Below, in pieces: positions 50,374 through 63,774 of a stretch of DNA of 64,000 nt (the stretch's first letter is position 1; every line of letters begins with the position of its first letter). This DNA is from Acanthaster planci (Eukaryota): assembly GCF_001949145.1 (NCBI RefSeq), contig NW_019091355.1, forward strand, positions 2,896,646 through 2,960,645. Direction: 5' to 3'. The notes under the pieces were generated by a model. That model made no database searches and had not been told where the DNA came from. It worked only from the letters and a program-made list of their open reading frames with translations. Both the position numbers and the translations under genes were made by a program.

Positions 50374-52218
50374 GTCAGTGTGGAGCTGTCTTGGTGCTGC
50401 AGCGCATACAGAGATGGAATTCAACCAATCCTGCGACAAATGTGTGCATTTTTATGAACTTGATCAGCCTTACACATTGAAAAAAATTGGAAACCTTGCA
50501 AGACGGAGTAGGGATTGGTAAAGTTGGCACTGTACACCATGTTGGAATAATTTCTTTTTTTTTTGCGAAGAAATTTGGTTCTGATAAGAACTAGTGGTTA
50601 ATAGGTTCAGTGTTTCCATTGATGTAATCTAGCCATTGTTCCTGAAGATACATGTAACCAGGAGACAACTGTTTGAAATGTTGATCGCAAACTACATGGT
50701 TGTTTCAGAACCCATTTCTTCTCAAAAGAGATTCTGGCCACACGATGACAGTGCAAACCCTACCAACCACTGCTTTTGTACATGCAGAACTGTTCACTTG
50801 GGAAAGTTTTCTATTGAGAGTGGGATTTATAAGCTGTGAAATGTGGCTGTCAAGTAGATTGGTACCCCAATTGAAAAGATTAGGGAAATCAACTGCAGAT
50901 TTATTGAGGTTCTTGCTAAAGGGAACAATTCTTTGCCCCATTGTTGGTGTACTGAACACAGATATACTTTGTCAATGTCATGCTTGTTAGCAGTTTTGAG
51001 TTGGCTCAGCTTTTGCTGGAAGTATTTCAATGCCCAATAGCCCAATAAATATCAGGGAAATTGTACATGTGAACTGACTGCATGTCTCAAAGTTCAAAAA
51101 TCTGTGCCATAAAATTGGTCCCACAGTATCACTAGCTCTGGGGACCATGTTCTTGCCTGCAGGTACGCTTGACCTGAAACTCCCTTACCCATGTTTGCAA
51201 TTAGCTCAAAATGGTCTGCTGTCCTTAAAAAAATAACCTTCCTCTACTCATAAACAGTTTAGTAGTACTTGGGAACCAAACAAATATGGGTGCAGGGTGA
51301 ATGTGCTGTATTCCAGCTTTGCAGTGGCACAGTACACAGCGCACTTATCAATTTCACTTTATCCCAATTCTACAAGTGACAAATGGCCAGCCCTCAGTAG
51401 ACCTTCCTCCTTCAACAGCCACCTTGTGTAGGCGTCTGGATCAGGCAGTGTGGATTGACATATCCAGCCTGCACCCATTTTTGTCATCTTAGCAAGTGAT
51501 AGGCCTAGTGTAGATGTACATCAGTGGGATCGTGCATTTTTGCATGTGCCGTGCCCACAGCCAAGAGCCAACTTTTCAGACATCCAGTCTGTTGGGGGAT
51601 TTCATTCAGGAGATGTCAGGTGGTCTGGTACCTTTGGAAAAACCCCAGAGGCATTGCTTTGGGAGTTTTGTGACATTGTGGTGTTGTGTTCAGTTTTGGT
51701 CGCATTTCACGCAGAAATGTGAAATCCATCTTCGGTCCAGATGTAAGCACCGTGTTTAATAGCCCAACCACAACTTTGTCTCTCTGCGCATAGATAGCAC
51801 AGTGCTGTTGGGTCTGGAATTCATGCAGATCTCTTTCCAGCTATCAAGGATGCTGAAATTAGAATTCCTGGAAACATCATTGTCGGTGGATTTTATGATA
51901 TCATGTGAAAGTTAAATTTACCATTTTGAGATTCCTGGTATAGAATCAATGATGCCCTTCTTTTTTATCAACAGAGATTTCTGTGTCCAGCCTAATTTCA
52001 TTCTTACGGTTTGCATAAAATTTGCACTTGGTCTCTGTTGGGGAAATTGGACTACGTCATTGTACATGTGAGCATGCCTTTGTTTATTTAAGGCCCACCA
52101 TAGTTGATGAAGTGCACCCCATAGGTTTGTAAACCAGTTTAAACCGAAGATTTCCTCTACAGAAGACAAAGATCAATCCCTAGCTATTTCTTTGCATTCC
52201 TGTTCTCAGGTCAAACCA

Positions 52219-52242
52219 ACACACACACACACACACACACAC
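52219..52242. repeat. (AC)12 microsatellite
   Basis: Read directly from the sequence. Confidence 0.95.
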
Positions 52243-53403
52243 AAAACTTGTAAACAAATACATTCTATTTCTGTTTTACTGTTTGGCAACCAATGCAGAT
52301 ACTAATAGGATAAAGAAATTCTCTTCCTGATGTTTTCGCAAAACTTGGTCACCCCAAATGAAGATACTTATTGAATTATTTGTGAACTTTCTCATCTGTG
52401 ACTGATTGAGGAATGAGATTGTACTCAACCCCTCTGAATGTCAAGTTGGTTGTAGTCTTGGAAATGGTAATCTGTCAGTTCCACTGACCGGACTTTTTCT
52501 TCACGGGCGGAAAGTTTCTACCCCGGCAAAGCACTTCAACACTCTGCCACCTGTGTGTTTGACCGATGGATGAGTCATTGACATCAACTGCCAGTTGTGA
52601 ATGACTTGCAGGAACTGTCCTATCTTGTTTTGCTCCCTCTCGCGAGCTGACAAACAAATGAAGATCTACCTTAAATTTTGTAACTTTGTCTGAAGCGGTT
52701 CTCCAAAATCTGTCATTTTCCTGGACTGGTGGTTAGCCGCAGTCTACGGTTAACTGTTGGAGATTTCCTCATGAAATGCTGTGCCTGTTTTGCAGAAATG
52801 AGGAGGAGATTTGGGGTAAATTTTCTTGCAGTTTCCTTGTGACTTATGGTTTTGTTTCCGTTGTGAAAAGTGAATCTGGGTTGTAACATTTTAGACATTT
52901 AATGTTAGTAGTGTTGCAAGACTTGTTGTTTTAGGTTTGCTGTTGTTCGCCCAGATTTGGTTTTGCAGTACTGAGAAAGTTCAGTGGTTTACTGTGAAAG
53001 TTCATTGCGGAAACAAACAAAATTTCTTGGACATTACAAGTTTTGAGCTGTTGCTCTTATTTGTTTTGCCCATTGTTCTTTGGTGTGTCGCAGTTTTGCT
53101 GTTTGTGAGTTCTTGTGCCCACTTATTCCTTATTTACTGATCGTTTTTTTTTTGTTTTTTTTTTGCTCTTTACTTCTTGTTAATGCCTAGCTGACCCCAG
53201 TGGGATGATTGTGAACAGCCATTGACTTATAATTTTTAAGTGTTAAGATGTTAAATATTTGGTTAGTTTTACAGTTGAACCCTCCGACATTGTCCTTATA
53301 ATTTAGTTGAAAGATTTCACAAGGGCAGAAATAGGAGTATGAGTAATACAGTCTCTGGCCTCTGCCTTAACCTCTTTTTACTTCCCTTCCCTCGACTTGA
53401 CAG

Positions 53404-53547
53404 AGAGGGGTACCCCACCCCAAACAACCTCCACGGAGGCCCAAAGTCCACTAGCCCTCTATGAGAGTCTCCAGGCCAACCTCTCCGAGGACTTTGCCAA
53501 GAAGATGGAGAAATGGGACAAGAAGAAACAGAGGCATGCCATGGCAG
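53404..53547 (+). CDS. Gene 2 coding exon 3 (repeat motif 1)
   Basis: Long pyrimidine tract plus CAG at 53401-53403, CAG|GTATGC at 53548, phase 1-1. (E)RGTPPQ...LYESLQANLSEDFAKKMEKWDKKKQRHAMA. Confidence 0.88.
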
Positions 53548-54099
53548 GTATGCAGACATCGGACAAAAACCTTACTGAGTTTTGGACAGTGGTTATCTTG
53601 ATGAACAGACTCCGTTGTTTGTACTGGTTTGCTTTACATTTGTGCTGTCTTGAAGGAAAGATTACACTATGACTTGAATGACTGAGATGGCTTATATGGC
53701 AGAAGTGAATTTTTACTTTTCATTGTGATTGCAAGGATTTGTAATACATGTATCAAGTAGTACCTTTATGAACCTTAGCAGCCCCGTAGGCAGGGGGGGT
53801 TGAGGGGTTCAAATGACCCCCCCCCCACTCACTTCTGAGTTCTGCTTGTCAAGGTTTCAGGTTTTCATAGCAATTAAAAATTAATTTATACTGCCAAACC
53901 GTTGTTTACTTACAGTAAAAAAAATTGAAACATCGTGGGCATGAGACTTTCCGACATTTTTTAGAGTTTCAGTATCAGATGTACCACCTGACAACGTACT
54001 CCTCTCTTGCGTAGTCAGTGGTTTTCTTTGTGAGATGTTCTGAACAATCCCTGATTAAAGGTGTCTGTCACAATTTTCCTGTCCCTATTCCATCATCAG

Positions 54100-54370
54100 G
54101 TGCCTCACCCTTGGAGAAGGCCAAACAGTCATCCTTGGACAGCTGCTCCTCGGAGGCGGGCACGCTACCAACCAGCGACCTGGAGGCGGAGCTGCAGCGG
54201 GGCCTGACAGAGGACTTCTACAAGAAGTTGGCCGAGTGGGACAAGCTGAAGCTGCAGCAGAGGGGCGGAGCCGGGGGCGGGGGGATAGTGGGCCCCAACA
54301 GCCCCAAGGCCGAAGCCAAACAGAAGCAGAAGGGTGCCAAGGAGGGCAAGAAAGCAGCCAAGAGTGCCAA
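54100..54370 (+). CDS. Gene 2 coding exon 4 (repeat motif 2)
   Basis: CAG at 54097-54099, GTAAGC at 54371, phase 1-2. (G)ASPLEKAKQSS...ELQRGLTEDFYKKLAEWDKLK...KSA. Confidence 0.9.
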
Positions 54371-54633
54371 GTAAGCCAAAAGATGATTGACCGAGTATAC
54401 AAAACATGATATCAAGTCATCTCTGGACATCATTGGCCAAGCACAGGAAAGAAATAGAAATTTTATTTCAATATACAGTTTTTACTCTAAAATAAAAATT
54501 TTAAACATAATTTGTCTGTGTTTGGAATTGTTTCACATTTCATACCAGGTCCTCGGTTTATTTTTAGTTTTACAAATGTGTAACTGACTTATTTTGTGCC
54601 ATAATGAAACCTTTTGTGCCATTACTCACTTAG

Positions 54634-55400
54634 GATCACTTCCAAAGAGAAGGACAGAGACAAACACAAGACCAAAGATGTCCAGCAGAGGAGCAAATCA
54701 CCCGATGCCTCAACAACCCGCAAGATCTCACCACCCTCAGAGGCCATTTACTCTACTGAGAACATCACCGTCTTTGCCAAGCAAGGCGGCAAGCTCAAGC
54801 TGGAAGGGGCCACCAAAGAATTCTCCAAGAAGTACAAGGAGTGGGAGAAGAAGGAGAAGAAAAAGAAGAACTTCCCACCCCTCCGTCCCGAGGACATCGC
54901 CACACCGGTCTTTGACCAGGCCCAAGCATTAACTGGGAACTTCCGGGAAGATGCTACCCCACCGACTCCGGCCAGTCCAACGATGATAACTGAGCCTACC
55001 AGCCCAGAATCCGGCGACCTCTACGTCATTGCACATGCCACGCCAGTCATTGTCGAACCAGACTTTGACAGTGGCGATCCCCGGCTGGCCAGGGCCGGAG
55101 AGCCAATATTCAGAACTCAGTCCGCACCACCGGCATCTACGGCAGCGTCACAAAGCCTTGATGCCGCGCCCCGGGGAGAACGCCCTAGCTCGCAGAGGGT
55201 CCCCAGTGTGGAGGAAGACGTCTTCACCCTGGGAGCATGCGCCAGCCCTCCCATCCCCCAGGAGAGGGTCAACAGGCTGGAGCAACGCAACTCGTTCCTG
55301 GCCGAGCAGCTCAAGATGGAGGATGTGAATCTTCAGGCTGTTCAGGAGGAAATTGTGAACATGGATGAGCAGATCGCAGAGATCTCAGGAGAAAAACCAG
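54634..55400 (+). CDS. Gene 2 coding exon 5 (repeat motif 3 and a coiled coil)
   Basis: TAG at 54631-54633, CAG|GTAGGG at 55401, phase 2-1. (K)ITSKEKDRD...GATKEFSKKYKEWEKKE...ERVNRLEQRNSFLAEQLKMEDVNLQAVQEEI. Confidence 0.9.
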
Positions 55401-56510
55401 GTAGGGACACATCAAATTGTACTCTGTATGAAATGACTGATACTCAGAACCTGCATCCTTCACATATGTACTGTGTTTTCAACACCCGCAAGTTCTTTGA
55501 CAAACCATTCTGTTCCTGCCCAACATAGTATACTCTTAGTCTCTGAGTGTTAGTTTTTCCAGACTTATTACGAAGAAGCATAAGCAAAGTGTGACAGCCT
55601 CACCAAACCTACACAATTAAACAAATCCTAAAAGCTTTTGATTCGAGTATGTTTTGTGTACTCTGGCACTTTCAATACAAAACAAGTAAGACCCAAGTCA
55701 TACATGGGATTAAGATGTTTCACAGTGGTAAATAGCTGAAACCTTTTTTTATAGGTTATGTTTCAAAACCAAAAATGAGGATTTAACTCCGCAATTAAAA
55801 TAACATTCAACCATCTAATGCTTTCACATAAGCTACATTCACCCAGGGATTTCTTTAAAGGAAGTATGACAAATTCCTGTGACTCATGCGAGCCTTCCCC
55901 CCCCCCACTGAGCATTGCAGCCACGTTTGCACTCTCTATCCAAATTTGGTTGCGGGAAAGAAGGTTTAAGGCTATTCTGAATACAATTTGGTTTGTTGGG
56001 CTTGGGCTCAGACCCTGGTTGGCTTGATTTAGCCTGGAACATCATCTCCTTGTACCCTTTTGGTGGAAGCCTCAGCTTTTCTCTGTGGTGCCAAGCTTCT
56101 GCCTACAATAGGCTTTTGCACATTCAAATGAAAATCCTTGTTCCACACCATTCATGTGTGCAGCATTGCACATGCAATGTATCCCTTTGCCCCATCCATT
56201 AGGTGCTCTGAGCATGCCACACCTGCGGTCCTCTGCTGTAGTTTATATAGTACACATTGTACTCTGAATAATATACTGTTTCGTCACCATTGCTTTCTGC
56301 TCACTTTAGCTAAGCTAATTTTGGACCCGTCATGCTTTCAGGCATTATTCACATAGTTTTAGTTATGAGAGAATCACAAGTCAAATTTTCATGCCTTGAA
56401 TTTTGCAAGTAGTAAAAATGCATGAACATTTTTAGTTCAGTGTTTTAACAACTTGCAAATCATGCCATCACCCGTGTTTACTAACAGCAAAAAGAATTGC
56501 TTTTATTCAG

Positions 56511-56744
56511 AGGATCACACGCAGCGTCGTGTGAGCACGTGCTCATCCATCGGTGAGTCCGCTCTGGAAGCTGAACTCTCTGATATCAAGATGCAGATTG
56601 CCCTGTTGGAAGAGAATCTCAAAAAGCGGCCCCGGCACAAAGGTCATCACAGGACTGAAGAGTTGGATGGGGTCAAAGGGCAGGACAGTGCGGGGTCATT
56701 GCCGGAGGTGGATGGGAAATGTGGCATAAGTACAGAGGCTGCAG
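56511..56744 (+). CDS. Gene 2 coding exon 6 (short coiled coil)
   Basis: ttttattCAG at 56508-56510, CAG|GTTGGT at 56745, phase 1-1. (E)DHTQRRVSTCSSIGESALEAELSDIKMQIALLEENLKKR. Confidence 0.82.
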
Positions 56745-57982
56745 GTTGGTGACGTGGTGTGGAATCTCAATGCAACCTCTTTTCGTTTGATTATGGATTG
56801 CCCTCTTTCTTTCTTTCTTGGAGTGACTCCTGTCTTCCTGCCTGATCTGAGTTGACTTTTCTCTACTTTACAGAATTTGACAATTTTGGGTTTCCTCGGC
56901 TTGTGTTTTTTCTTCTTTCTTTTTTCTTGTCTTCTTTTTTCTCTTTTCTTTCCATTTGGATTTGAATCTGTTCTCAATTAAACCCTTTTCTCTTGTGTGT
57001 TCGGTAATCAGCTCCTTTATTATTCTATTCTGAGATTTTCCTGCCTGTGTTTTGCTTTTGCATTGATTTGATTTTGTTCTTGTGTTCTTTTGCCTGCAAA
57101 CCTGGGGGTCAGCTCTCGTTCTGATTAGTATTTTTAAAAAGTTAAGTTGTCTGTTAAACAGTTTGCAGTGTGTTCCAAGAAGTATTGTTTCCACATTACA
57201 GCCATCTTTGTCTAGTTTCTGCAAAAAGTAATTTTAGGTGTTGCATGAGCACCATACAATTTCAGCACAGGCTGCTCTCTGAAAGTCTCAATGACTTGTG
57301 TGGGTGGCAAAAATAATTAAAAGCTTCCTGCTTTAATTCTGGGGGATTTACTAAATACTCTACTGCTTGCCCCACTGTCAAATTTGGTTGCTGCCCTCCA
57401 CTTGTCAGGTAAAAAACCAAGAGTAATTTTTTCTCCTTCCAGCTTTTTGTTGCTCTTTTTTTATGGTTTGGAGTGAAATGTGATGTTCCTCATACTAACA
57501 GACTCATGTTTATTTTCACCAAAAAAAGAAACTAATAAAACCATGTTTGTGTGTCACATCTATATGCTTTCAAGCTCATGCATGTTCAGTATTTGCATGC
57601 CTTGTTAAGTACTGATATTGTGATTTTTTACAACACTTCAGTAAACTTTTACAATACTACCCTGACAAGACTCTGGGTTTTGTTCATCTCACGAACAAAA
57701 GAAGAAAGGTAGCAGTTTAACAGTAATTTTTGTTGTAGCCCATTGGGCAGTCTTTTTCTTTGAATAGTTTAATAGGCAGTCTTTTTTATAAAAAGTTTTG
57801 GATGGACTTTGAACTAACAATGTATGCCAAGGTTCAAGTCATTCAGGCCCATGAAATTAAGATTTAGATTCAAGGCACCATATACCTGTTAGTGCCAGCA
57901 GCAGTGCCAAAAGTCATGTATTTAGCATTGACTCACAGATACCCATGCCTAACAATCCATCAAGCTTCTTGAGCGTATACAA

Positions 57983-58229
57983 GGCCGTTTCCAATACTCA
58001 ACTTCGTCTCTGTCTCAGGCTTCATTCCCAAAACCAATTCCCGATTGTGGGCCTGAAGCACTAAGCGTTTAAATTAAATTGGACTTCTGTAATTTTTGGC
58101 TCTTTTAGATCTTATTTCATGCTTTGTGGCACTATTAGACTAATTGGTGCGCTTACAGCTTCAAAGTCAGCTAGTAAAAAAACAGTCGAAGCCTGAGACG
58201 GAGCCGAAGTTGAGTATTGGAAAACAGCC
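57983..58229. mobile_element. Harbinger-like MITE (GGC...GCC termini)
   Basis: About 41-bp TIR GGCCGTTTCCAATACTCAACTTCGTCTCTGTCTCAGGCTTC / GAAGCCTGAGACGGAGCCGAAGTTGAGTATTGGAAAACAGCC. Flanks CAA / CAT. Confidence 0.82.
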
Positions 58230-58632
58230 CATTTATTCATTTTACATAATGATTCCTTAGAATTATTTTTACATTTTGACTTTGGTAATTTTCACCTACA
58301 TGTTCATGCAACACTTGGTGCTCCAGCACAGTGTTCGCTACAATGGGGGCTAGGCGCAGTTCAACACAGTCAATTCCATAGGTTTGTATGTGTGTAAAAT
58401 GAATGGGAATTTTGAGAGTTTAACCCATCAGCCGCTGCTCAGAGTACAGGTGCATATTGCGCAGATATCCTAATGGGCTGCATTTTTCTCCCAAGGGAAA
58501 ACCTTGCCCGAATGTATTCAATCCATTGTACCAAAAGTACAGGTCATGATCGTATTTTGTGACTGAAATGTGTCTGGGAGCTTCAGTGGTAGCTTTTCTC
58601 ATGTATGCACAGTTTAAAATTCCTGACTGAAA

Positions 58633-58881
58633 AGGTTCATTCTATAAATCAGGGTCCAAGATTGTGACATTCTTGTGTCCCTGTTACACCTGACCTGTGT
58701 AATGTGACATGGAAATATCAGTAAAATTGACTTAGAACTATTTCTGTTTGTTTGGCAGGTAATTTGCATTGATTCATCACCCTCAGAAATTAGAGAATGT
58801 GTTCTGAACTTTCAACATCATATGTCAGATGTGACAGGGACACACACAAAAAATTGGACCCCAAATTTATAGGATGACCCA
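58633..58881 (+). mobile_element. MITE family A, copy 4
   Basis: AGGTTCATTCTATAAATCAGGGTCCAA / TTGGACCCCAAATTTATAGGATGACCCA termini, closest to copy 3, flanked by AA...AA. Confidence 0.87.
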
Positions 58882-61800
58882 AAAGCGTCAGAGTGTGTGT
58901 TGCTCAGGAGAGGGAATCCAACGTTATTTTCTTTACAGAAATCAAATCAGGCAGACTGAAATAAGGCCAGTTGGATAAAGATCTTTTATTCACTTTCTTT
59001 TAAACTGCAGGGAGTTTTGGTAATGTTGGCTTGTGGTCATTGACATTTAGAAAACCTGCGTAGTTACCCCAACCCCCACAGTTTGGTCATGGACATGGAA
59101 GCAAAGGTTTAGCCAGGCAGGATTTCAAAATAGCCACTAATTACCATGTCAATTATCACAGAATTCCTTGCCAGGCCTCTGGCATTTACGTGTAGCCTGA
59201 CATTTACATATTCGGACAACAGGCAAGTGTACGAACTTTGAAAATCTGCAAACCACTGCTTAATGCTTCCAAGGAGAAGGGAGCGACAAGGCTCATGCGG
59301 GAGGAAGATTTCGTTGTCTCTCACCCCTTGCAAACGGCGATGTGATCTCGCTGTCAGTCAAGGTCTTATAGAAACAGTGATTCATAGCTCACAGGAAATC
59401 TAATGAAAATGGACACTGAAGGGACCCGTACAACTTCAATTATTAATCCAATTTTTGATTGAGGTTTGGGCTCTCTTCCTTCAATCAATCTGAATGGATC
59501 ATTCAGCGGAAAATATGAAAATTTGAAAATATGTGAAATATTGAAAAATGCAGCAAACTGCTTGAAGGTACATTTGACACAAATTAAGATCAAACAATGA
59601 GAAGGCCTTATTTTTTTCTCTCGGTACAATGTCTCTGAAAGGTCTTCTAGAGAGATCCTGCCATTAAAAGTTGAAAGTTTATGACTCGTATGAGGGTGCA
59701 GAATCCATCCTGGGTTTGCTCTTACTAAGATTACCTCATCTGCATCATAGATAAGGATGAAAGTTGCATTAGATTTGTGTTCAAAACCAATTCAGTTAAA
59801 AATAACCTCCAAATTTTACAACTAAACTTCAGACACATTTAACAAGAACTGAGACTGCCTAAGGCCCACCTGGAAGAAGATATCACATTCTGAATGATCT
59901 CTGTGAAATCATGAGATTTTCACAGCTTGTCCCAACCTTCTCCGATCTGTCATCGATCTTTTACACATTTGTGTCCAAGAATTGAAAGACACAGATACTG
60001 GCTGGTTTTTTTTACTGCTGGTATACACACCTGCATGCTCTATCCATTATTAGTTGGTGAAGAACATTCATCTTGGCTTTTTTCCCCATAGGACGAAAAG
60101 AATGTCTCCCATTCTTTCTGTTCATATGTTGTAAGAGGTCTTAACAGTTTCTTAGCTTTCTTGGCTTCCCTCAAGCCACGGTTCAGGATTAATGGCGGAA
60201 TTGTTGCCTGCCAGAATAATTTATTTTGAAATTTGGCAGACATTCATTCATCCTTGTCGCTGATAATTGCCACTGTAGGCAACAACCCCCGGGGTACATG
60301 GATGTAAATCTTCTTTCCTCCCTGTTTGACAAATACACAATAAACATTTTCGGTTGTATCCCTAGACTGTACAAAAATAGCCTCAACACCAAGTCTGACT
60401 CAATAGTGAATGGATAAGTAAATAAATCACAAACATAAGTTGGCCTTGTTAATGTGTTAGGCTACAGGAGCATTCCTTGTCAACATCCAATTTCCAAGAG
60501 CAATTGAATTTGGAAATCTTCCAACCAGAGTGTTGTTTTTCTATTGGAAAAAACTCGAAACGTTGGAGCATTCTTCTCTGTCAGTATTCCAAGTTTATTT
60601 TAGTCCTTGCTCTTTTGGCCCTTGAGGAGGGAGATTTTTTTCTCTTTCTTTTAGTTCAAGGTAGAGTTAAGAGGCCCCAGGTTACCAGTGAAGCCAGCTG
60701 TGGGTTCCCGTGCAGTTGAAGCTAAATCTTTTATAGCTTTGTAGATTCTGTGCATTGGCCATCTTGGCAAAAATACCCAATTTTAGAAATTACTGATGTA
60801 CATGTAATGCAACTGTGGTGCTCGTCACAGCCGGTAATGTTCCAAGCATTGCGTCGACAAAGACATGCTAGACTGTGAAGTATCCTTGCTAATAAGTGCC
60901 ATGTGTGGCTCCCTTTGATCAAAGTGCCCCCCCAAGAAAACAAATCTTGCAGATGGTCAAATATACCCTGTCTGAAACAGCTATTGCACTGTATTAGCAC
61001 AAAATTGGGTCAAAAGGACACAGTAAATAACCCCCCACCCTCAACACTCAGAAACAGATTACATTTTGTGAAGAGCTGGACTCAGTGTGAATCATGCATT
61101 GCCATGGGAATTGGGAGGAACTGGTAACACTATTGGGGTCAGTTTGACCTACATGCATCTTCCTCTGAGACCAGGAGGCTGCTGCGATGTGGAAGGGTTT
61201 GTTTCAAAGTCAGCCGAAAATGCAGCCAGAGAGAACATGAATTCCTTATAATTCTGGGCTTTGATCAGAGAGATTATCATGTGCTTTGTTGTGTCAAAAC
61301 AGAAGTGAAGTATTATTTTTTTTTACTGGAGAAGGGACATCATCATCTGACAATTGTTCTAGTTTTGGAAACTGAAATAGTCTCAGTGATCACAGTTCTG
61401 ATTAAACTTCTCTGGTTGACTTCCCCTAAAAGGTAGCAATTCACCCTATACTCTACCCAACCTCCCTTCTGAAAACAAGGTCAGATGAGAAATTATGTAG
61501 GGGAATTGCTTTGTGTGTGTGTGTAAATATACATATGTGCATATGGCGGCACTCACCTGTCCGGGCAAGGTCTAAAAAATAACTGTGTACATGTATTTGG
61601 GCAGGCTGCCAGGGGTCACAGGGTCATTGCAGGCAGTGAAGTGGACGATGTAAAAGATTGTGAGACTTTGGGCGGGTGAAAAGGAAGAGCGCAGGATATT
61701 GGTGGTGGGTGAAGGCAATAAAACGAAGGAAGACGCTGGAAGGCCAAAAAAGCTGTTGTGTGAACCCTATTATTTCCCTCACCAGAACTAATGCTGAAAG

Positions 61801-63774
61801 CGATCATAGCTAGCTTTTTGCTACAATTAGAACATGACAAAGGTATAATTTACTCTGATGTTCCCTCTGTGTACCCACCAGAAAAGTCTAAAAATACAGA
61901 GTGCAAAATCAAAATGGTGAAGGAGCAAGCAGGTCAAAGGGTCAAAGCTCAAGTCAAGTATTGACTTATCTGTTCCTCAGTGTTCAAAGTGCACGGAACC
62001 CCAACTGGAATTTTACATTTCTACCACAAGCCATGTAAATCAGTTTAAACACTGTTGTACTCACTTTCACTTAAAACTGACTTCGTCAAAATATTTCATG
62101 TCACTAGTTTTACGTCAGCAACTGGCATATTGCTGCGCTCTTTTATGAGTTTGTATTCAGCCCTTGGTTAACCTTCCTTTCTGTAATCATTTACATCCTC
62201 AAAATTTCAGTGTGTTTTATTTTATGCTCAAAGCCGCAGGCTGCAAGGCCTCACCTTCATGACTCAAACCAAACCGCATAATCCCAAAGATGAAGAGGCC
62301 CTAAGCCCAGGATGGGGGACGCACTGCCCTCAGAGAAACTCAGGTTCATGGTCCAATGGGGAGGAAGTCTTGCTTAGTATGCTGGATTGTGGTCTGAGTT
62401 TCATAACAAATCCTGTAATGGGCAGACCAGATGGCAAGGCAGGTTATTTTGAAATCACAAGTGTTCCTTGAAGGTTTCCGTATGAACCTACATGTACATG
62501 TAACTGATTTTCATTTACTGTTTCTTTCCCTATTGTGGGTGGGGCTTCCTCAGATTCCCTGGAAGGGTTATTTTGGCACAGTCACTTCCATATTTTCCAG
62601 TGGAACTCAGTCCCTAAATTGCCACATCTTTATCGACATGAAGTGCAGTCCAGCTTGCCGTTTGCTGAGACCTCATTGAAACCATGAGCGGAAGTCAAGG
62701 CAGTAGTATGAAACAATTTATCTTGTTTTTTTTTCCGAAGCAGTAGGTATTGCGATGGCAGGCAGATTAACCCTCACTCCCTAGGGTGTGTGCAAAATCT
62801 TATTAAAGTTGGAGGATTCAGGAATGTTAGGATTAATCAAACAATAAAGCTGGCAGTGATACTTTCAAACAAAGTTGAACAAGACAAACTGGAAACTTTT
62901 CCATGTGACTCTGGGAACCTATGCGAAGACTTTTCTTGTTGCAATTTGGACGTGATGGGATTTTGAACCCGCTTTTATGCAAAGCACTAGCGCACACTGC
63001 CGTTAAGATGGACAGGCCTGGAGAAGTGGCTGACCCAATGGCCATATACCAACACCCTTCATATCAGGACCATCTTTAGTCTGTAGGGATGTGAATCAGG
63101 TTATTTATGGGCAGGATGGAGGAAGGAAACAGACTGTCCTGGGAGTCTGGCAGCCATGACTGTTGAGCCATAAATAGGAGTCATGTGAAGCATTATCAGT
63201 CATGGCCCCTTGTGCCAAGGCATCCCCCTCCCACCCTCCCCCCCCACATTCCCCCAACCCCAACAGGACTCTGAAGGAATGTTCAAGGCAAGGGATTATC
63301 TCCTTTTGGATATCCTCCACAATAGCATTTACCGTAAAGGGAGATAGGAAGTTTAAAAAAACTGAATTATTCAGAAGTCACTTGTTACCTAGAGACAAGT
63401 CTCTAGGAAGGATCCTGAGGTAAAACATCAGGTGTCACATTTGGTCAGTTGGAAGAGGAAATTTATGGGTTACAGTTCTGCCAGATTCAGAGATTTGCAC
63501 CTGGGCAACCTAGACAAAAATAAATGGTACTGCAACGGTATTAAATGGTACTGCATTCGAATTGCCAGCGTTAATCACGTCCGTGAATTGCTTGGTTTTG
63601 TTAACTTTATAACTAACAAGACCATAATAGCAAATACAGTGTAGTCCTAGACACTTGGCACTTGAAACGTTTACACAAAATTCTATAGTGGGCTTACCAT
63701 AAAAAATTATGGCTGGCCTCTGTCAAGAAGTTATTTGAAAGATTTAGTTGATTAAACTTTCCATCTCTGAACAG

